Source of the DNA: the human T2T-CHM13v2.0 reference genome, Homo sapiens
NCBI RefSeq assembly: GCF_009914755.1
Contig: NC_060933.1
Length of the DNA stretch: 64,000 nucleotides
Reading direction: 5' to 3' (one strand)
Part shown: one piece after another, positions 60,691 to 64,000 of the stretch
Layout: each line of letters begins with the position of its first letter
Numbering within the stretch: the first letter of the stretch is position 1
The notes under the pieces: generated by a model
Databases searched by the model: none
What the model saw: only the letters and a program-made list of their open reading frames with translations
What the model was told of the DNA's origin: nothing
Program-made: the position numbers and the translations under genes

Positions 60691-60740
60691 ACTCGGCTGC
60701 CCCCCTCGGTGCCTCCCTCCCCTTCTCTTCTTCCCCCCAA
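60340..60740. repeat. (CCT)n/(GCC)n low-complexity polypyrimidine-polypurine tract
   Basis: Several CCT and GCC runs are directly visible. Confidence 0.85.
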
Positions 60741-61230
60741 AAGTGAAGCGCACGCGAGGTAACCAGAAACTGAGGCTCGTGGGGGGAGAGGGGTGCGAGG
60801 CGACGCCTGGGAAAGGGCCCGAGCAGAGTCGAGGGCCGGGAGGTGGGGTGGCCGGTGCAGCCCAGTCTTTGGACCTGGCTTGAACCTGGTAGTTACGGCT
60901 GCAGAAGAGGTGGTTTGGGGAGGGGGGAAAATTAAACGAAAAAGCCCAGGAAAGTCATTGGAAAGGCTTCTCTCTTTGTTTCCTTGTGTGGGTGATTTCT
61001 AAAATCCTCGTAACGTGCTGGGGATCCCACGGAATTGCTGTGCTCCAGCGCTGGGGGATTGTGTGTGCGCGTTGCCTGCGCGTGAGTGTGAGTGTGGGTG
61101 CGCCCGGACGCGGGGAGAGCTGGGCCCGCTGCGCCCGCTGGCGAATCCCTGAATCTGGACCACTGACCCACTGAAAGGGCCAGAGAGCCGGATAAAGGAG
61201 GGGCAGGCAGGAGAGGTGGGTGAAGGAGGC

Positions 61231-61231
<1 letters not shown>

Positions 61232-61275
<44 letters not shown>

Positions 61276-61303
61276 ACACACAGACACACAGACACACACA
61301 CAC
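61232..61303. repeat. (CA)n microsatellite in the promoter
   Basis: About 36 CA units with a few interruptions. Confidence 0.95.
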
Positions 61304-61310
61304 CAGAGGA

Positions 61311-61328
61311 GGGGGCGGGGTGACGTCA
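61311..61328. promoter_or_regulatory. GC box (Sp/KLF) directly abutting a full palindromic CRE
   Basis: GGGGGCGGGG (61311-61320) followed by TGACGTCA (61321-61328), inside the CpG island. Confidence 0.75.
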
Positions 61329-63744
61329 CTCCCCAGCATCCATCCACCAGGCCAGAAAAGACCCTCTCCAACAGATTCACTCATCTCCTAAGAGATGCAC
61401 ACCCGGGCGCTTCCTGCTCTGCGTCCCAGCGCAAAGGAGGAAAAAATGCTGGTCGCGCCCTATTGACAGCAGTGATAATACTATAGGGAGCGTGCTTTGA
61501 TGAGACACAGTTTGTGTCCGCCCCAGTTCACCTTGGCAGCCTCCTTCGGGGATGCTTGTAGGATCCGCTTTGAAGGCAACGAGGAAGACTGGGAAGTACT
61601 GAACCAAAATCTTAGTGTGATAACTTGTTTTGCTTTCATGCCACTTGCTTTTATGTTGTTGGAAATGCAGTGCTCCTCAGCTTCTCTGAAGGACACTATA
61701 ACACCTCTTCCCTAGACAAGCATCCAGTTGTTGGGCTATGCACTCTTCATCCACACAACCCAAGGTGACTAAGGTGCACTGTGTGTATTGTTAGCTAAGA
61801 GATGGATTTTAACCTTCTTCACTACTCATAGGGTCTCCAGCATGTGGAAAAAGTCGGCAGCTGGAAGCCACCATTGGCAGTTGGCCCATCAAAATTTATT
61901 AGAAACTTGGTCAGAAAGGTTAAATAAAGTAAAGCTAGAGCTCACCAGCCACCTCCATTGCTCATTCTGTGTTCAGGCCAGCACATACACACAATACTTA
62001 TCCCTGCAGACTCCGGGCTGTCTTTGAAAGAGCAAAGGTAAACAGACACCCTTAGATTTGACTTAATGATCCAGCATGCTGACTGCTGTCTCAAGCTGCC
62101 CATTTGTTTCCACCATCTGCATGCTGTGCTCCTGAAAGCCACCGAAGGATTGGTCAGTAATCCTCTGCCCCCTATGTACTCCAAAAATAAGTCACATATT
62201 TTTTAAAGGAATCTCTCTAAACGAAGTTTAGTTTTCCAGCAATTTGGGGGTGGGGGAGGAGCATCCCTGCATGATTGTCTCTTGGCTTTTTGGTTTTGCT
62301 TTTTTATGGTTAGGGTCATAGTGAAAATCAGGAAGAAATCAATTCTTGTGCAAGCCTTCAAACGAGGTTTACCCTCCAATCATTCTGATTTCACAGGAGC
62401 TGAAAAGCTGTGCAGGGATGATGGACCCTTGCCCCCTGTGACCTAAGGATGGATCCAGAAATCTCAGCCTCCCCATAGGTGATTCCACCCAAGATGTAAA
62501 CTCCTACTTGGCTTTGTCATTGCCACATGTGCCCCCATAAACTGGCAATCCCACTTTCCTCATCCAAAGTTGCATGTTAGAGAAACAGAAAGTTTTAAAA
62601 CCCCTAATATTCCTTTGCTGTTACTTTTGTGGGAAATGTATCACTCTGCCTGCAGATCTGACCTCATTTAAGAAGAACCCAGCTGGTAAATCTGACTGCT
62701 ATCTGGGAACATAGTTGAGGATATATCATCTTACACCACTGGTAGTGATTTAAACTAGCAAGTAGAAAAGGGACCCAGAAATCAGGGGATACAGAGGACA
62801 GTACAAGTAAATGGCATAAGCCCAACTTTTCTGACACTGTGAAGTCCTAGATGTTCTTGTCTCTACTACAACCAAACATCAAACATCTTAGAGAAAGAAG
62901 TAGGGATGGGTCAAGGTGACTGGAGAGTCTGAGTTATTATTATACCAATGAGACTGAGAATTATTCAGGGTGATGCTGCTGAAAAACGGGAGATACAGCA
63001 AATAGAGAAGCCAAAGTTTCTCTGCACATCTGAGTAGTAATGGAAGTGAGACTGCAGCCTGCTACACTCATGTTAATATATTCAGAGCAGATTGGCAACA
63101 AAAGAGTGTCCTAATGCTGCAGCATCTAGTAAACTTCTGGACTGGTTTACCATTTGGAAATTTTAAGTCAAAGAACATCAGAAGCAGGCTAATCTTTTGT
63201 TGAAATTACCTCGTTTTTACAGGTAAAGAAACGAAGACCCTGAGAATTTAAAATCATCCAACTATTTGGTGCCAGAAGCAGGACAAGAACTCAGACATCA
63301 TGATCCAGTGCCCTCCATCCCACCAGCTATTCATCATCACCTCCACATTCTGGATCAAAGAAGCCAGTTTTCCAACTTATCAATGAGCAATACATATAGA
63401 ATATTTTTAAAACTCCAAATACTTTTATGAAGGAAAAATGAAGCAATAGGACAAGACATTTTCTTCGTTTCCTTCCAGCTCTAACATTCTGTGATAAATA
63501 GCACACAGGAGCTTTGCTATAGCACTACCCCCTCTAGTGCATAATTCAGCATACGATGAGTATGAGTCTGTTTTGGACCCCATCCAAAGGAGTTAGTTCC
63601 TAGAAGTACTTGGAAGATTTATTCTCATTTATCATGAGGCATCCTAACAGGAGACTAAAAATAATCACGATGACAATAATAGTAATCAGTTGTTACACTT
63701 GTATTATGTACTAAGCATCGTGCTAAGCATGTTAAAGTTCACCT

Positions 63745-63943
63745 GTTTTTGAAAAGGCACTTCATGACCTTATGTGGGTTGCGAATCTAGTGGGTCATAA
63801 ACAATTTCTGAAATGAAAGAAAAGTAGGAAAAAACACAGAGTGCATTATACATACTAAGTTGTTTTATTTTTTATTTTTTTATTTTTTTTGCAAAACTTC
63901 CTTTTTGATCATGTGGCTAGTGATTAAAAGTTTGGAAGCACTG
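63745..63943. mobile_element. Possible hAT-Charlie DNA transposon relic inside a MIR
   Basis: Ends AAAAGTTTGGAAGCACTG, which resembles a Charlie TIR; MIR-like sequence on both sides. Confidence 0.4.
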
Positions 63944-64000
63944 CCTCGTTTCCAATCTTAACTGCCTTGCTAGTTAAGTATTATTAGCCCCATTATATAA

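Larger units (their letters stand above)
59690..61500. promoter_or_regulatory. CpG island / promoter of a minus-strand gene, possibly bidirectional
   Basis: Abrupt change from AT-rich, CpG-depleted DNA to very GC-rich, CpG-dense DNA with GCC and CCT repeats and GC boxes. Confidence 0.95.

Noticed and set aside
59721-61486. Long overlapping ORFs across the CpG island (up to 187 aa)
   Set aside because: They are low-complexity Pro/Gly/Arg/Glu or CV/HT translations produced by stop-poor GC-rich and microsatellite DNA.

Overview
This is primate (human-like) genomic DNA with many Alu, MIR and L2 elements. A CpG island near 59.7-61.5 kb marks the 5' end of a minus-strand gene. Its GC/purine-rich first exon ends GCCAAC-ATG-ACC-AG|GTGAGT at 60073. 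Positions 1-60072 appear to be intron 1 of that gene, because I found no recognisable downstream coding exon, so I do not name the gene. The intron holds about 22 Alu elements or fragments, MIR/L2/L1M/L3 relics, THE1, MLT1 and LTR16-like LTRs, a solo MER41A LTR and an internally deleted MER41 provirus. The most notable observations are: (1) an APOBEC3-like G-to-A hypermutation pattern in that provirus; (2) a gap-free 168-bp non-Alu inverted repeat; (3) a perfect RFX X-box next to a CCAAT box; (4) a candidate poison exon; (5) several local templated duplications and insertions. None of these proves a new biological system. Repeat family calls come from recalled consensus sequences, not from a search, and boundaries of old repeats are approximate.
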